Source: Chitinophagales bacterium | Lineage (GTDB): Bacteria > Bacteroidota > Bacteroidia > Chitinophagales > LD1 | NCBI GenBank assembly: GCA_044228435.1 | Contig: JBGAUW010000005.1 | Location: 76,061 to 140,060, forward strand | Direction: 5' to 3' | DNA: 64,000 nt | Shown: positions 1-9,902 of the stretch, piece by piece | How the letters are laid out: each line of letters starts with the position of its first letter | How positions within the stretch are numbered: position 1 is the stretch's first letter | Position numbers and translations under genes: made by a program | The notes under the pieces: generated by a model | Database searches by the model: none | Told to the model about the DNA's origin: nothing | Seen by the model: the letters and a program-made list of their open reading frames with translations, nothing else

Positions 1-6
1 AGAAGT

Positions 7-1581
7 ATGAAAATTTTGGTGGTAGAGCATGATTTGTACGACATTGACTTGCTGCGGTATGAGTTGAGCCGTGCGTTTCCGAACCATATTGCTGAGGTAG
101 TACAAACAGAAGCTGATTTTTGCAAAGCGCTTGAAAGTAAGCCCGATATTATTTTATCCGATTACTCGCTACCATCGTTTGATGGTACCCGCGCATTTGA
201 AATTAAAAAGCAACTGGCACCCGACATACCTTTCATTTTAGTATCGGGTACCATAGGCGAGGAGAATGCAGTGGAGCTTATTAAGAACGGGGTTACTGAT
301 TACGCGCTTAAAGATAAGCTATACGCCCTGGCTCCTAAAATAGTACGTGCACTAAACGAGGCCGAAGAGAAGCAGTACAAAAAATCGGTAGAGGAGGCCC
401 TGCTTAAATCAGAAGCCAACCTGCGCGCTATGTTTGATAGCACCGATGTGGGCTTTTTGTTTTTAAACCCCGATGGTACCATACTGGCCTTTAACCCCAT
501 GAGCCAGCATTGGGCCAGGCATTCGTTTGGTGTAAAGCTAACTACCAACATTAACTTCCGCAGCCTGCTTACCCCCGAAAATTTAAACGCTTTTAATACT
601 CTTTTGGCGAGGGTAATGGGTGGTAAAGAGGTTAGCTACGAAACCAGCTACCCTATAGCGGGTGGTTCGCATACCTGGTTTAATATACATGCCAAGCCGG
701 TTACCGATGAGCAAAAAACGGTTATAGGTATGTGTATTGCCGTAAATGACATAACCGCCAATAAACTGGCTGAAGAAGAGATACGTATACTTAACAGCGG
801 ACTTGAAGAGCGGGTAAAAGAACGCACCACTGAATTGATTGAAGCCAATACTGCGCTGGAGGCATTCAGCTATTCGGTATCGCATGATTTACGTTCGCCG
901 GTACGATCGGTAATGGGGTTTGCACAAATTATTACCAAAGAACACGGCCATGCTTTAACTGCCGAGCTAAAAGAACTGTTTACGCACATTGAAAGCAGCA
1001 GCAAAAGAATGAACGCTATTATAGACGACCTGCTGGCCCTTGCAAAATGCGGTAAAGATAAATTGCAAAAGGGCGACGTAAACATGACCAACCTGTTTTA
1101 TAGCGTGTGGGATAACCTTCTTTTTTCTAACTCGCACCAGGCTGCCATTGAGGTAAGGCCCATGCCGGTTGTTTATGCCGACAGCAGCATGCTGGAGCAG
1201 GTAATTGTAAACTTACTTTCGAACGCCATTAAATACAGCAGCAAAAAAGAGAAGCCACTTATTAGAGTAGGTTGCGACGAAAGCGACGACCGGTATACTT
1301 TTTATGTAAAAGATAACGGCGCCGGTTTTGATATGAAAAACTACAAGCGCCTGTTTAACGCCTTTCAGCGCCTGCACTCAATTGGCGAGTTTGAAGGCAC
1401 CGGTATAGGCCTGACACTAATAAAACGTATAATTGATAAGCATGGCGGCGAAGTTTGGGCAGAAGGAGTAGTAGGTGAAGGCGCTACATTTTACTTTACT
1501 TTGCCTAAGGCTAATTACGCAGGTAATAACAACCGCAAAAGTACCGGGTTGCCATCTTCAGCGCAAGAGCATCAATCGTAA
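7..1581 (+). CDS. hybrid sensor histidine kinase / response regulator (REC-PAS-HisKA-HATPase_c)
   Basis: 524-aa ORF. N-terminal receiver-like domain (acceptor context IILSDYSLPSFDG), central PAS-like segment, H-box FSYSVSHDLRSP, ATP-binding motifs DNGAGF and GTGIGL. Confidence 0.85.
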   Translation: MKILVVEHDLYDIDLLRYELSRAFPNHIAEVVQTEADFCKALESKPDIILSDYSLPSFDGTRAFEIKKQLAPDIPFILVSGTIGEENAVELIKNGVTDYALKDKLYALAPKIVRALNEAEEKQYKKSVEEALLKSEANLRAMFDSTDVGFLFLNPDGTILAFNPMSQHWARHSFGVKLTTNINFRSLLTPENLNAFNTLLARVMGGKEVSYETSYPIAGGSHTWFNIHAKPVTDEQKTVIGMCIAVNDITANKLAEEEIRILNSGLEERVKERTTELIEANTALEAFSYSVSHDLRSPVRSVMGFAQIITKEHGHALTAELKELFTHIESSSKRMNAIIDDLLALAKCGKDKLQKGDVNMTNLFYSVWDNLLFSNSHQAAIEVRPMPVVYADSSMLEQVIVNLLSNAIKYSSKKEKPLIRVGCDESDDRYTFYVKDNGAGFDMKNYKRLFNAFQRLHSIGEFEGTGIGLTLIKRIIDKHGGEVWAEGVVGEGATFYFTLPKANYAGNNNRKSTGLPSSAQEHQS

Positions 1582-1690
1582 ATCCGGCTTTATTAGGCCA
1601 CACTTAATATTAGCATGTATGTAAGTCAATTTTTATATGCATGTCATTTTTATTACATTAGTTTTAGCGCCAACAACCGGCTAACTCCAC

Positions 1691-2713
1691 ATGTACAAAA
1701 ATCTTCTTCTTTTGTCATTTGTGTTAATAATGTCGCTTATAGCCGGCGAACTTATATGCAGGCTAAATGGCAAGTATTCCACTTACCTTGAACGCACCCG
1801 GTCCGGAAAAGAAAGAGTATACGTTTCGCCCTACAATAGCGGCAGGCAAACCTGGTATCATATAAACCAACCGCATAGCCAGAGAACCTATACATTGAAT
1901 GAATTTAATATTGAATGGAGGGTAAATAACGAGGGCTTAAGGGATATTGATTTTGTGGCAGGCAACGATAGTATTAAGCGAATAATGGTTTTAGGCGATA
2001 GTTTTACTGAAGGTTTTGGTGCTGTAAATGATAGCAGCTATCCGCGGCAATTAGCCTTACTGCTACGTGAAAATGGATTACAAAACATACAGGTGATGAA
2101 TTGTGGCGTAAGCGGCTCGGACCCGGTATTTGAATACCGGCTTTTAAACGACAGGCTTTTAAAATACAAACCCTCCTGCCTATTAGTAACAGTTAATACC
2201 ACTTCTATAGGCATGATGCAAACCCGAGGGGGCTTTAAACGATTTAAGGCAGATAGCACCGTAAGCTACAACCAGGCGCCCTGGTTTGAGACTATTTATG
2301 CCAAAAGTTTTTTAGCGCGTAGAATTGTGCATGATGTGTTGCGATATAACATGCAGTTTATTTCACCCTTTAAAAAGCAACAAGCCGAAGTACAAGCCAT
2401 TGCCGACATAAATATGGCACTGGATAGCATGCACACGGTATGCAACAATAACAAGATAAAGATGCTGGTGGTTCTACAGCCAGGCTATTGGGAATATACC
2501 GGACAGGACGAACACTCGACACATGCGATAGAGCAACATTGCATTGCGAATAATCTGCCCGTTGTAAATGCCCGAAAAGAATTTGAAAGCTTAGGAGTAA
2601 ACGCCACCAACTTTGAAACTATTTACTGGCACAACGATAAACACTTTAACGCTACGGGCTATAACTATTTAGCCCGTAGTGTTTTACCCGCAACTATTAA
2701 ATTGCTAAACTGA
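1691..2713 (+). CDS. membrane-anchored SGNH/GDSL-like hydrolase family protein
   Basis: 340-aa ORF. N-terminal hydrophobic anchor (LLLLSFVLIMSLIAG), block-I-like VLGDSFTEGFG, C-terminal WHNDKHFNATGYNYLA resembling the His block. Same layout as ORF 61607..62860. Confidence 0.55.
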   Translation: MYKNLLLLSFVLIMSLIAGELICRLNGKYSTYLERTRSGKERVYVSPYNSGRQTWYHINQPHSQRTYTLNEFNIEWRVNNEGLRDIDFVAGNDSIKRIMVLGDSFTEGFGAVNDSSYPRQLALLLRENGLQNIQVMNCGVSGSDPVFEYRLLNDRLLKYKPSCLLVTVNTTSIGMMQTRGGFKRFKADSTVSYNQAPWFETIYAKSFLARRIVHDVLRYNMQFISPFKKQQAEVQAIADINMALDSMHTVCNNNKIKMLVVLQPGYWEYTGQDEHSTHAIEQHCIANNLPVVNARKEFESLGVNATNFETIYWHNDKHFNATGYNYLARSVLPATIKLLN

Positions 2714-2715
2714 GT

Positions 2716-3588
2716 TTAATTGCGCTGGTCGCTGCCCCAGTTTAGTTTGGTTTTAAGGGCGGTTAAAAAGCTTTGGTCGGTAAGGCGTACAATGTTGGCG
2801 CTAAACGGAGCCTTTTTAACCGCTAACTGAAAGCTGGAGTCTATAGCCTTGGCCCGCGCATCGAGCGTGCATAAAAAGCTATCGCCACGGCCTGTAACTT
2901 CAAATGAGAGGATTGATTTATCGCTAACCACCATAGGTCTTACGTTTAAGTTGTGGGGGGCAACGGGTGTAATTACAAAGTTATCGCTGGTTGGGTAAAG
3001 TATAGGCCCGCCACAGCTAAGGGAGTAACCGGTGCTGCCCGTTGGGGTAGAAACAATCAGGCCATCGGCCCAATAGGTATTGAGCAACTCGCCGTTTAAG
3101 TAGGCATTAACGGTAATCATACTGCTTTGGTCGCGGCGCTGTATAGTCATATCGTTCAGCGCATAGCTATCTTCAAACAAGGGCTGGTTGCTTTGCAACT
3201 CAATTAACGAGCGCTTATCAATCATATACCCGCCTTTTTCAATAGCATCTACGGCCGCATGTATTTGTCCACGGCCCAGGCTGGCCAAAAAGCCCAGCCG
3301 GCCAAAATTGATACCCAGTATAGGCACTTCGCTTTCTTTTATCATTATAGCAGCCTCTAATATGGTGCCATCGCCGCCCATGCTAAAAACCACCTCGGTG
3401 CTGTTTTTAATTTCATCAAAGCTTTCAAACACTTCGGCATTTACATTCAACTGCATTTCGTTTTTAATCAGTTGCAGAAACTTCTTTTCTACCACATACT
3501 TCATTTTTTTAAGCGCCAGGTAATCAAAAAGCTCCTGCGCATAAACAGCGTTGCTTTTATTAAATGTTTTTCCGAAGATGGCTATCAT
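2716..3588 (-). CDS. nadK: NAD kinase
   Basis: 290-aa ORF with the GGDGT motif (SMGGDGTILEAA) and the conserved STPTGSTGYSLSCGGP block. Confidence 0.85.
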   Translation of the reverse strand: MIAIFGKTFNKSNAVYAQELFDYLALKKMKYVVEKKFLQLIKNEMQLNVNAEVFESFDEIKNSTEVVFSMGGDGTILEAAIMIKESEVPILGINFGRLGFLASLGRGQIHAAVDAIEKGGYMIDKRSLIELQSNQPLFEDSYALNDMTIQRRDQSSMITVNAYLNGELLNTYWADGLIVSTPTGSTGYSLSCGGPILYPTSDNFVITPVAPHNLNVRPMVVSDKSILSFEVTGRGDSFLCTLDARAKAIDSSFQLAVKKAPFSANIVRLTDQSFLTALKTKLNWGSDQRN

Positions 3589-3744
3589 GGTTGCTAAAAT
3601 AGGAAATTGGGGACATTAGGGAATGCAGGGAGGCAAAGGTCAGATGCTAAAGGTGAAAGAGCAGAGAGAAATACAATAGAGAAGAGAGTAGTTAGTAGTG
3701 AATGGTGAATAGGAAAGGCAGGGGCAAGCTGCCGTATCCGGCAG

Positions 3745-6270
3745 TTAGAAACTCGGTTTAAGTATAAACTTAACGCCCCAGTTTTGGCCGCCGTTATTGC
3801 GGTAAGTGGCTCGCCATAAAAAGTCGACCCTAAACAGGTAGGCAATATTTTCTATACCAAAGCCCAACTCGATATAAGGCACCTTTGATGGTGATGTTAA
3901 CTCGGAAGGCGTTGAAAGCAATTTTTTGTGCTTATCATCAAAGCTACCCATAAGGCTTTTAAAAATTACTACCTCGCGCAGTTTCAGTTTATTAAAGCCC
4001 GGAATTTTGTTGAAGAAGAAACCATTGAAGTGGTGTTCAATCCAAAGCTGAGCATACTGGTCGCTTACAAACTCAAACTCGCGCAATAAGTTGTAGTTGT
4101 ACTTATCTAACAAAACACCCAGGTTACCCTGTGTAAGATAAGCAGCAGTATAAGGCACGCGGCCAAAAATTTTGGCTGCTTTAAATGAGTAGTTGGTAAA
4201 CCCTATGGCCGAAAACAAGCGTTGCGAAAAGGTAAGCTGCAGGTTGTGGTAGTTAAAATTATCGCGGCCTATGGTGCCCACACCGGCTAAATAGCGCAAC
4301 TGTATTACCGGCCAGCGGGTAGTGGCAAAATACCGGTAAAACACACCAGCGGTGTAAACACTTTTGTAAGAGTAGCGGGCGTTTATTAAAAACTCCGTCA
4401 TACTAAATTGAGAGATGGGCATAACCACGTTTCGTTCCTCGTGGGCAAATTTTGAAACGCCCGGTATATCGTAGTATGTTTTTTCATTAATGCCTACAAT
4501 GGTCGAAAAATCTTTGGTCCAGTCTTTTTCATGCGACACACTAAACTCGCGCACCTTCATTAGCTTAGAAAAAACGCGGCCGCTGATAAGGGTAACAATA
4601 TTATCGAAGGTTAACAGCGTTTGGCTTTCATCCTGCCCGGGTATTTTAATATCGTAGCGGTAATAGGCCTCCAGCGAGTTCCAGCGGTCGTTTTTTGTAG
4701 GCAGGTTAATACGGATAAGGGAAAGATATTTCCAGTCTTTATCTTTAAACCCATAAGCCCCATAACCGGTGTAATAAAAGGTACGGAAAAAATTATTTAC
4801 CGGTGTGCCCCTTTTCATAAACCGCGCGCGGGTTTCAAAACCAAAGCGCACGCGCCAGCCCTCTACGTTATTGCGGCTGCCAAAATTTAATACCCGCCCA
4901 ATACTTATAGGGCCGGCATCGGCAAAGGCGCTGGTAAAAAACACGCCAAACCATTGGTAGGCTTTCCAGGCAGGTACTTCCTTAATAGTATCGGCAATAA
5001 CAAACACCCGTTGCTGCGATTTACTAAGCGGCGAAAAACGGCTGCTATCCCAATACTCCTTTGTATGTAAACGCGCACTATCCAACACATATCTTTCATC
5101 GGGCCTGCTAAAAACGGTATCGGGCAACTCAGTATTTATTTCAAAGCCTCTTTTTTCGGTTAGTTTTTGCACATACAATCCCAGCTTATTTTTCTTTTTA
5201 AACAGAGAGCCAACGGAGTTCATCTCTTCGCGGCTTTTAATCCAATGCTTATCATCTACCAGCGTAAAATCAATTTTAGAATCGTACTCGTTTATAAAGT
5301 TCAGGTTGGCCTTTTCGTTCGGACGAAACTGTATATACCTAATGGCCCACGTTGCAGAGTCAATCCAGGCATAACCCTTCAAAGCAAGGTCTTCTTTTGT
5401 TTTACCTACAAAGTGCAGCTTATAAGATATACGGCCATCCAATTTGGCAGTATCGGTTAAATAGTAAAAGTAGGTGCCGGTGCCTATAGGAGCAAACGGA
5501 GCGCTAAAAAAGGTGCGGGCGAAATAATACAGATTATCATACGGGTCGCACTCCTTAAACTCTGTATGAATAAGACCATAAACCGACTTATTATCTACAC
5601 CGGTCATTTTTTCGGCCTTTACCACCTCGCGTATTTGCTTGCGCGGTTTGGACCGGAAATAAATATCGCTTAGTGTTTCTTTAATTACACCGGGTATATA
5701 CATACTGCCGGTTTCGGTAGTGTCCTTGTTTTCGAAGGCAAACCTGAATGGCTTAAACAGAAAGAAGTTCTGAAACTTTGGCCCGGGGTTAAGCAGCGAA
5801 ATTTGAAAGCGGTCGTAGTTTTCGTATTTATAACTGCCAAAGCTATTGGCCCGGTTTTGCTCTTTATGTTTTAATACCTGGTAAAAAACATAATTGGCAG
5901 TGGTGTCTATTACCCTCTTCCGTTTTTTGCCGGCCTTTACGGTAATTTCGGTCAGCTTCAATTCATCGCTTCCCATTTCCACATTTAACTCCTGTACACC
6001 GCCGCGCTTAAGGGCAATTTTGCGGGGGCGATAGCCCAGGTACGAAAAAACTATCGAGTCTACTCTTTCGGCGGTGCGTATGCGGAACTCGCCTTTAGGG
6101 TCGGTAATGGCCATACGCGGCACCCCGCCGTATAGCTTTACGTTTACGTAGGGTATAGGTTCTTTATTGGCCGCATCGGTTACTTTGCCAAAAATTTCGG
6201 TAGCCGTTTGGGCCAACAAAACCTTGGTGCACAATACAAAAGCCAGTAATAGAAACTTAGATGCCCTCAT
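3745..6270 (-). CDS. CarboxypepD_reg-like / DUF5686-type outer-membrane-associated protein
   Basis: 841-aa ORF. Signal peptide (FLLLAFVLCTKVLLAQ), N-terminal carboxypeptidase-regulatory-like segment (IFGKVTDAANKEPIPYVNVKL...DPKGEFRI), long beta-rich C-terminus ending in Phe (KPSF). Family name is from memory. Confidence 0.6.
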   Translation of the reverse strand: MRASKFLLLAFVLCTKVLLAQTATEIFGKVTDAANKEPIPYVNVKLYGGVPRMAITDPKGEFRIRTAERVDSIVFSYLGYRPRKIALKRGGVQELNVEMGSDELKLTEITVKAGKKRKRVIDTTANYVFYQVLKHKEQNRANSFGSYKYENYDRFQISLLNPGPKFQNFFLFKPFRFAFENKDTTETGSMYIPGVIKETLSDIYFRSKPRKQIREVVKAEKMTGVDNKSVYGLIHTEFKECDPYDNLYYFARTFFSAPFAPIGTGTYFYYLTDTAKLDGRISYKLHFVGKTKEDLALKGYAWIDSATWAIRYIQFRPNEKANLNFINEYDSKIDFTLVDDKHWIKSREEMNSVGSLFKKKNKLGLYVQKLTEKRGFEINTELPDTVFSRPDERYVLDSARLHTKEYWDSSRFSPLSKSQQRVFVIADTIKEVPAWKAYQWFGVFFTSAFADAGPISIGRVLNFGSRNNVEGWRVRFGFETRARFMKRGTPVNNFFRTFYYTGYGAYGFKDKDWKYLSLIRINLPTKNDRWNSLEAYYRYDIKIPGQDESQTLLTFDNIVTLISGRVFSKLMKVREFSVSHEKDWTKDFSTIVGINEKTYYDIPGVSKFAHEERNVVMPISQFSMTEFLINARYSYKSVYTAGVFYRYFATTRWPVIQLRYLAGVGTIGRDNFNYHNLQLTFSQRLFSAIGFTNYSFKAAKIFGRVPYTAAYLTQGNLGVLLDKYNYNLLREFEFVSDQYAQLWIEHHFNGFFFNKIPGFNKLKLREVVIFKSLMGSFDDKHKKLLSTPSELTSPSKVPYIELGFGIENIAYLFRVDFLWRATYRNNGGQNWGVKFILKPSF

Positions 6271-6381
6271 TTTTTAAGAGCGGCAAAAATAGAAGAATTA
6301 GCGAGGGCAGGTGCTTCGACTAAACGCAACATGGCATTTTATGATGTTATTGCTTAATAAGATACCCACAAATAATTGGGT

Positions 6382-7044
6382 TTAAACATTCAAATAACGC
6401 ATTAACAAATCGTAGCGTTCTTTCAGGTTTTCGGCATAGCCGGTATCGTTATGTATAGCCTTCACTTCGTATTCGTAGCGCTCGAAGGCTGCTACAATGG
6501 CCGAAACCTCGGTAGTGTTTAGCTTAATAGTAATCTCTGCTTTCTGCTCCGATTGGTTGATGTTGGTGTAAAGACATAAAATTTCGGCTTCATTATCTTC
6601 TACAATACGAGCTACCTCGCTCATTAGGTAATCTTTTACCGGTATTTCGAGTTCTAAAATGCCACCCGCATCTTTTACCGAGTTTAACACGGCAAAAGCA
6701 CGTAAACAGCTTTCGGCCGAAATAAGGCCCAGGTAAGTATGGTCCTCATCAATTACAGGCACCACGCGCACGTTAAAATCAAGCGCCGCTTTCATTACAT
6801 CAAAAATATGGGCCGTGTCTTTTACAAAAGGTTTGCGGAAAGTTTGAACAAAGCTTTTAAGCGGTTGGCTAAGCGGTTTAATGCTAATAATATCTTCCAT
6901 GGTTACCAGTCCAATGTAGCTGTTGCCATCTACTACCGGCATTTGGCTTACGTTATATTCGTGCATGGCCATCATGGCTTGTTCTCCGCTATCATCTAAG
7001 TGCAGGGCTGCTATGGAATCAGAAATCAGGTTCGGTGCTATCAT
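6382..7044 (-). CDS. CBS domain-containing protein
   Basis: 220-aa ORF with two CBS-like repeats (MPVVDGNSYIGLVTMEDI; RVVPVIDEDHTYLGLISAESCL) and a small C-terminal regulatory-like domain. Confidence 0.7.
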   Translation of the reverse strand: MIAPNLISDSIAALHLDDSGEQAMMAMHEYNVSQMPVVDGNSYIGLVTMEDIISIKPLSQPLKSFVQTFRKPFVKDTAHIFDVMKAALDFNVRVVPVIDEDHTYLGLISAESCLRAFAVLNSVKDAGGILELEIPVKDYLMSEVARIVEDNEAEILCLYTNINQSEQKAEITIKLNTTEVSAIVAAFERYEYEVKAIHNDTGYAENLKERYDLLMRYLNV

Positions 7045-7160
7045 AAGGCGCTTGTATATATGTTAGACGTATAATTTGAAAAAAGGTTAAGACAGGTACT
7101 GTATTTTACGTGTTTTTTACACTTGTATGACAATCAGCTGCTTTTTGCCTGCATTCGCTG

Positions 7161-7916
7161 TTAATTTTTAGCCAAAAACACCTCCAGCAGCTTATTAAAT
7201 TCTTCTGGTTGCTCCATCATAGGCGCATGGCCGCATTGGTCAATTATATGCAGCTCGGCATCCGGCAACAGTTGTTTAAATTCTTCTGCCACAAAAGGCG
7301 GCGTTATAGTATCGTTTTTACCCCATATAAGGCATACCGGCAATTGCATAGTGGGTATACTATCGCGCAGGTTATGGCGAAGCGCCGATTTTGCCATGGA
7401 TACCAAACGGATAGCCTTTGCGCGGTTGTTTACTATTTCGAAAACCTCATCGATTAACTCTTTAGTAGCCAGGGCAGGGTTGTAAAAAGTGGCCTGCGTT
7501 TTTTTGGTCATGTAATCGTAATCGCTCTTGCGGGGGTAAGTTTCGCCCAGCGAGTTTTCGAACAGGCCCGAACTACCGGTAAGGGTCATGGTTTTAACCT
7601 TTTGCGGACGGCGCAGGTAATATAACTGTGCAATGTGCCCGCCCAGCGAGTTGCCAATTAAGTGCACCTGCTTATACTGTTTAAACGCAATAAACTCATC
7701 AATATAATCTACCATACCGGTTACGGTGGTTTCGCTAACTTCTAAATCGTATAGGGGTAGCAGGGGTATGGCTACATTGTATTTAGGGGCAAAGTGCTCA
7801 ATAAGCTGGTTAAAGTTGCTTAGCGCGCCAAACAGGCCATGCAGTAACACAATGGCCTCGCCGGTGCCCTCTTCGCAATATTTAAAACGCTGCTCACTTT
7901 TAACTTCAAATGCCAT
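7161..7916 (-). CDS. alpha/beta hydrolase
   Basis: 251-aa ORF. HGLFGA oxyanion region, nucleophile elbow GNSLGG, C-terminal catalytic His context CGHAPMMEQP. Confidence 0.8.
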   Translation of the reverse strand: MAFEVKSEQRFKYCEEGTGEAIVLLHGLFGALSNFNQLIEHFAPKYNVAIPLLPLYDLEVSETTVTGMVDYIDEFIAFKQYKQVHLIGNSLGGHIAQLYYLRRPQKVKTMTLTGSSGLFENSLGETYPRKSDYDYMTKKTQATFYNPALATKELIDEVFEIVNNRAKAIRLVSMAKSALRHNLRDSIPTMQLPVCLIWGKNDTITPPFVAEEFKQLLPDAELHIIDQCGHAPMMEQPEEFNKLLEVFLAKN

Positions 7917-7998
7917 TGATACAATTTCGATTACAAACGAAAGTAATTTTTTGAACAGAAAACAAAATTGTGTTTAAGTTAACGAATATGAACAGTTG

Positions 7999-8071
7999 CA
8001 ATGGGGTGTAGTATAAAAGGGAATCGGGATAAATGGGAAGTGAGAAGGCAGAAGGCAACCTCACCCCATTG
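7999..8071. repeat. 10-bp perfect inverted repeat (caatggggtg / caccccattg) in a 230-nt intergenic spacer
   Basis: Arms at 7999-8008 and 8062-8071 are exact reverse complements. Followed by a 6-bp hairpin cctctc/gagagg (8088-8105) and an 8-bp hairpin ctgaattt/aaattcag (8120-8150). Confidence 0.5.
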
Positions 8072-8146
8072 TCCTTCGGACATTTCCCCTCTCCTGAAAG
8101 AGAGGAAAACCGTTTTTGCCTGAATTTACGTGATATAAAAGCAAAT

Positions 8147-8713
8147 TCAGCGAATTTCTTCGAACCAGTTTTTCATTATTTGTAAGCCGTGTGTGGTAAG
8201 CACCGATTCCGGGTGAAACTGCACACCTGCCAATTTTAACACCGGGTGGGCAAAAGCCATTACTTCACCCTGCGCGGTAGTGGCGGTTACCTGCAAGGGT
8301 GTATTTTGTAGTTGCGTAAGTATAAGCGAGTGATAGCGCATTACTTCCAGCTGAGCAGGCAAGTTGCGAAACAGGTAATTATTGTTGTGTGTTATTACCG
8401 ATGTTTTACCGTGCACAGGCTTTGCGGCCTTTACCAGTTTAGCGCCTAAAAACTCACCAATAGCCTGGTGGCCAAGGCAAATACCCAATATGGGTTTTTG
8501 TAAATAAAAACGCTCGATAAATTTAAGTGTAACACCGGCTTCGGCAGGTGTTTTAGGCCCCGGTGAAATTATAGCCGATGTAAAATTTAGTTTCTCTATT
8601 TCATCCAGGCTCATTTCATCGTTCCGCACTACCACACATTGCTGCCCGCACTGCAAAATATAATCGCGCAGGTTATAGGTAAACGAATCGTAATTATCGA
8701 GCAATAAAACCAT
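8147..8713 (-). CDS. anthranilate / aminodeoxychorismate synthase component II (class-I glutamine amidotransferase)
   Basis: 188-aa ORF. Catalytic Cys context GICLGHQ and His/Glu context VQFHPES. trpG versus pabA cannot be resolved by eye. Confidence 0.85.
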   Translation of the reverse strand: MVLLLDNYDSFTYNLRDYILQCGQQCVVVRNDEMSLDEIEKLNFTSAIISPGPKTPAEAGVTLKFIERFYLQKPILGICLGHQAIGEFLGAKLVKAAKPVHGKTSVITHNNNYLFRNLPAQLEVMRYHSLILTQLQNTPLQVTATTAQGEVMAFAHPVLKLAGVQFHPESVLTTHGLQIMKNWFEEIR

Positions 8714-8796
8714 CTTTTTTGATTACAGCGATAGATGCAGAAAGGCAAAGATAATGCAGGATTAAACAGCCGCGTAATTAAATGATTGACCTCTCG

Positions 8797-8822
8797 AAAA
8801 AAAGCTATTCATCCGATGAATA
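8797..8822 (-). terminator. weak rho-independent terminator candidate downstream of the CvpA-like gene
   Basis: 7-bp AT-rich stem tattcat/atgaata (8806-8822), then GC plus seven T on the minus strand (plus-strand A-run 8797-8803). Confidence 0.35.
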
Positions 8823-8840
8823 CTCTCAATATTCGACTGA

Positions 8841-9359
8841 TTAAAAAAGGGCGTCAAACTTTGCAAAAGTATCGCGGAACATGGGCACTATAGCACCGGC
8901 TGTTTCTACCACCCTTGGTGCCAGGTTAGCTATGTAAGGGTACACATGCGAGGATTCTTTCTGGCTTTTGGGAAACACATCCAGCCTGTTTACAAACCAA
9001 ATAAGCACACAAAGCACAAATAAGCCTACCAGCGAATGCAGCAAGCCCCCAAACACCTGGTTAAACAGGTTCATAGAGAACGACTTTAAAATCTGCTCCA
9101 GCCCCCAGGCTATTAACTTCATTAAGCCTACTACCAATGCCAGTACCAATATAAAAGCAACAATGGCTAAAGTTTTAGGTTCTAAATGAGCAAAGCCATG
9201 CAGCAGACTTACCATTAGGTACGAAAACTTAAGCGCGGCTATAATGCCCAAAAACCATCCCAGTATAGAAAAAATGGAATAGATAATTCCGTTTTTATAC
9301 CCCTGGTAAAAGCCTACAGCAATAAATACAATAAAAAGAATGTCGAATAGCATAAGCAC
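8841..9359 (-). CDS. CvpA family membrane protein
   Basis: 172-aa ORF with about 4 TM helices. N-terminus DILFIVFIAVGFYQGYKNGII is typical of colicin V production (CvpA) family proteins, from memory. Confidence 0.6.
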   Translation of the reverse strand: MLMLFDILFIVFIAVGFYQGYKNGIIYSIFSILGWFLGIIAALKFSYLMVSLLHGFAHLEPKTLAIVAFILVLALVVGLMKLIAWGLEQILKSFSMNLFNQVFGGLLHSLVGLFVLCVLIWFVNRLDVFPKSQKESSHVYPYIANLAPRVVETAGAIVPMFRDTFAKFDALF

Positions 9360-9452
9360 GAAAATCTAAATTCTAAATACTAAACAAATCCCTACAACGC
9401 ACACCAAAATCCACAGTGTAGCATTTCGTATTTAGATTTTTGTGGGCTAAGG

Positions 9453-9902
9453 TTAGTTTAGTAAACTCTTAACGGTGTCGGCTATCATTTTATTATCTGC
9501 TTTGCCGGCTAATTGTTTGCTTACCACGCCAATTACTTTACCCATTTCTTTTTGGGTAGTAGCGCCAGTAGTAGCAATAGCTGCCTTTACTACCTCACGC
9601 ACTTCGTCTTCGCTCATCATAGCCGGCAAGTATTTTTCAATTACGGCTACCTCTTCCTGCTCTTTAGCTATCAAATCGGTGCGGTTGGCTTTTTCAAATT
9701 CGGCAATCGAATCGCGGCGTTGCTTAACCAGCTTTTGCAACATCTGCACTTCTTTTTCGGGGCTTATTACGCCGTTAGCGCCTTTTTCGGTTTTAGCAAT
9801 AATAATGGCGCTTTTAATAGCACGCACACCTCTTAAGCGCACTTCGTCTTTAGCCATCATGGCGGCTTTCAGGTCGGTATTAATTTGTTCTTCTAAGGTC
9901 AT
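9453..9902 (-). CDS. GatB/YqeY domain-containing protein
   Basis: ORF 9453..9938. I prefer the internal Met (MTLEEQINTDLKAAMMAKDEVRLRGVRAIKSAI), which matches the usual YqeY N-terminus. Confidence 0.8.
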   Translation of the reverse strand: MTLEEQINTDLKAAMMAKDEVRLRGVRAIKSAIIIAKTEKGANGVISPEKEVQMLQKLVKQRRDSIAEFEKANRTDLIAKEQEEVAVIEKYLPAMMSEDEVREVVKAAIATTGATTQKEMGKVIGVVSKQLAGKADNKMIADTVKSLLN

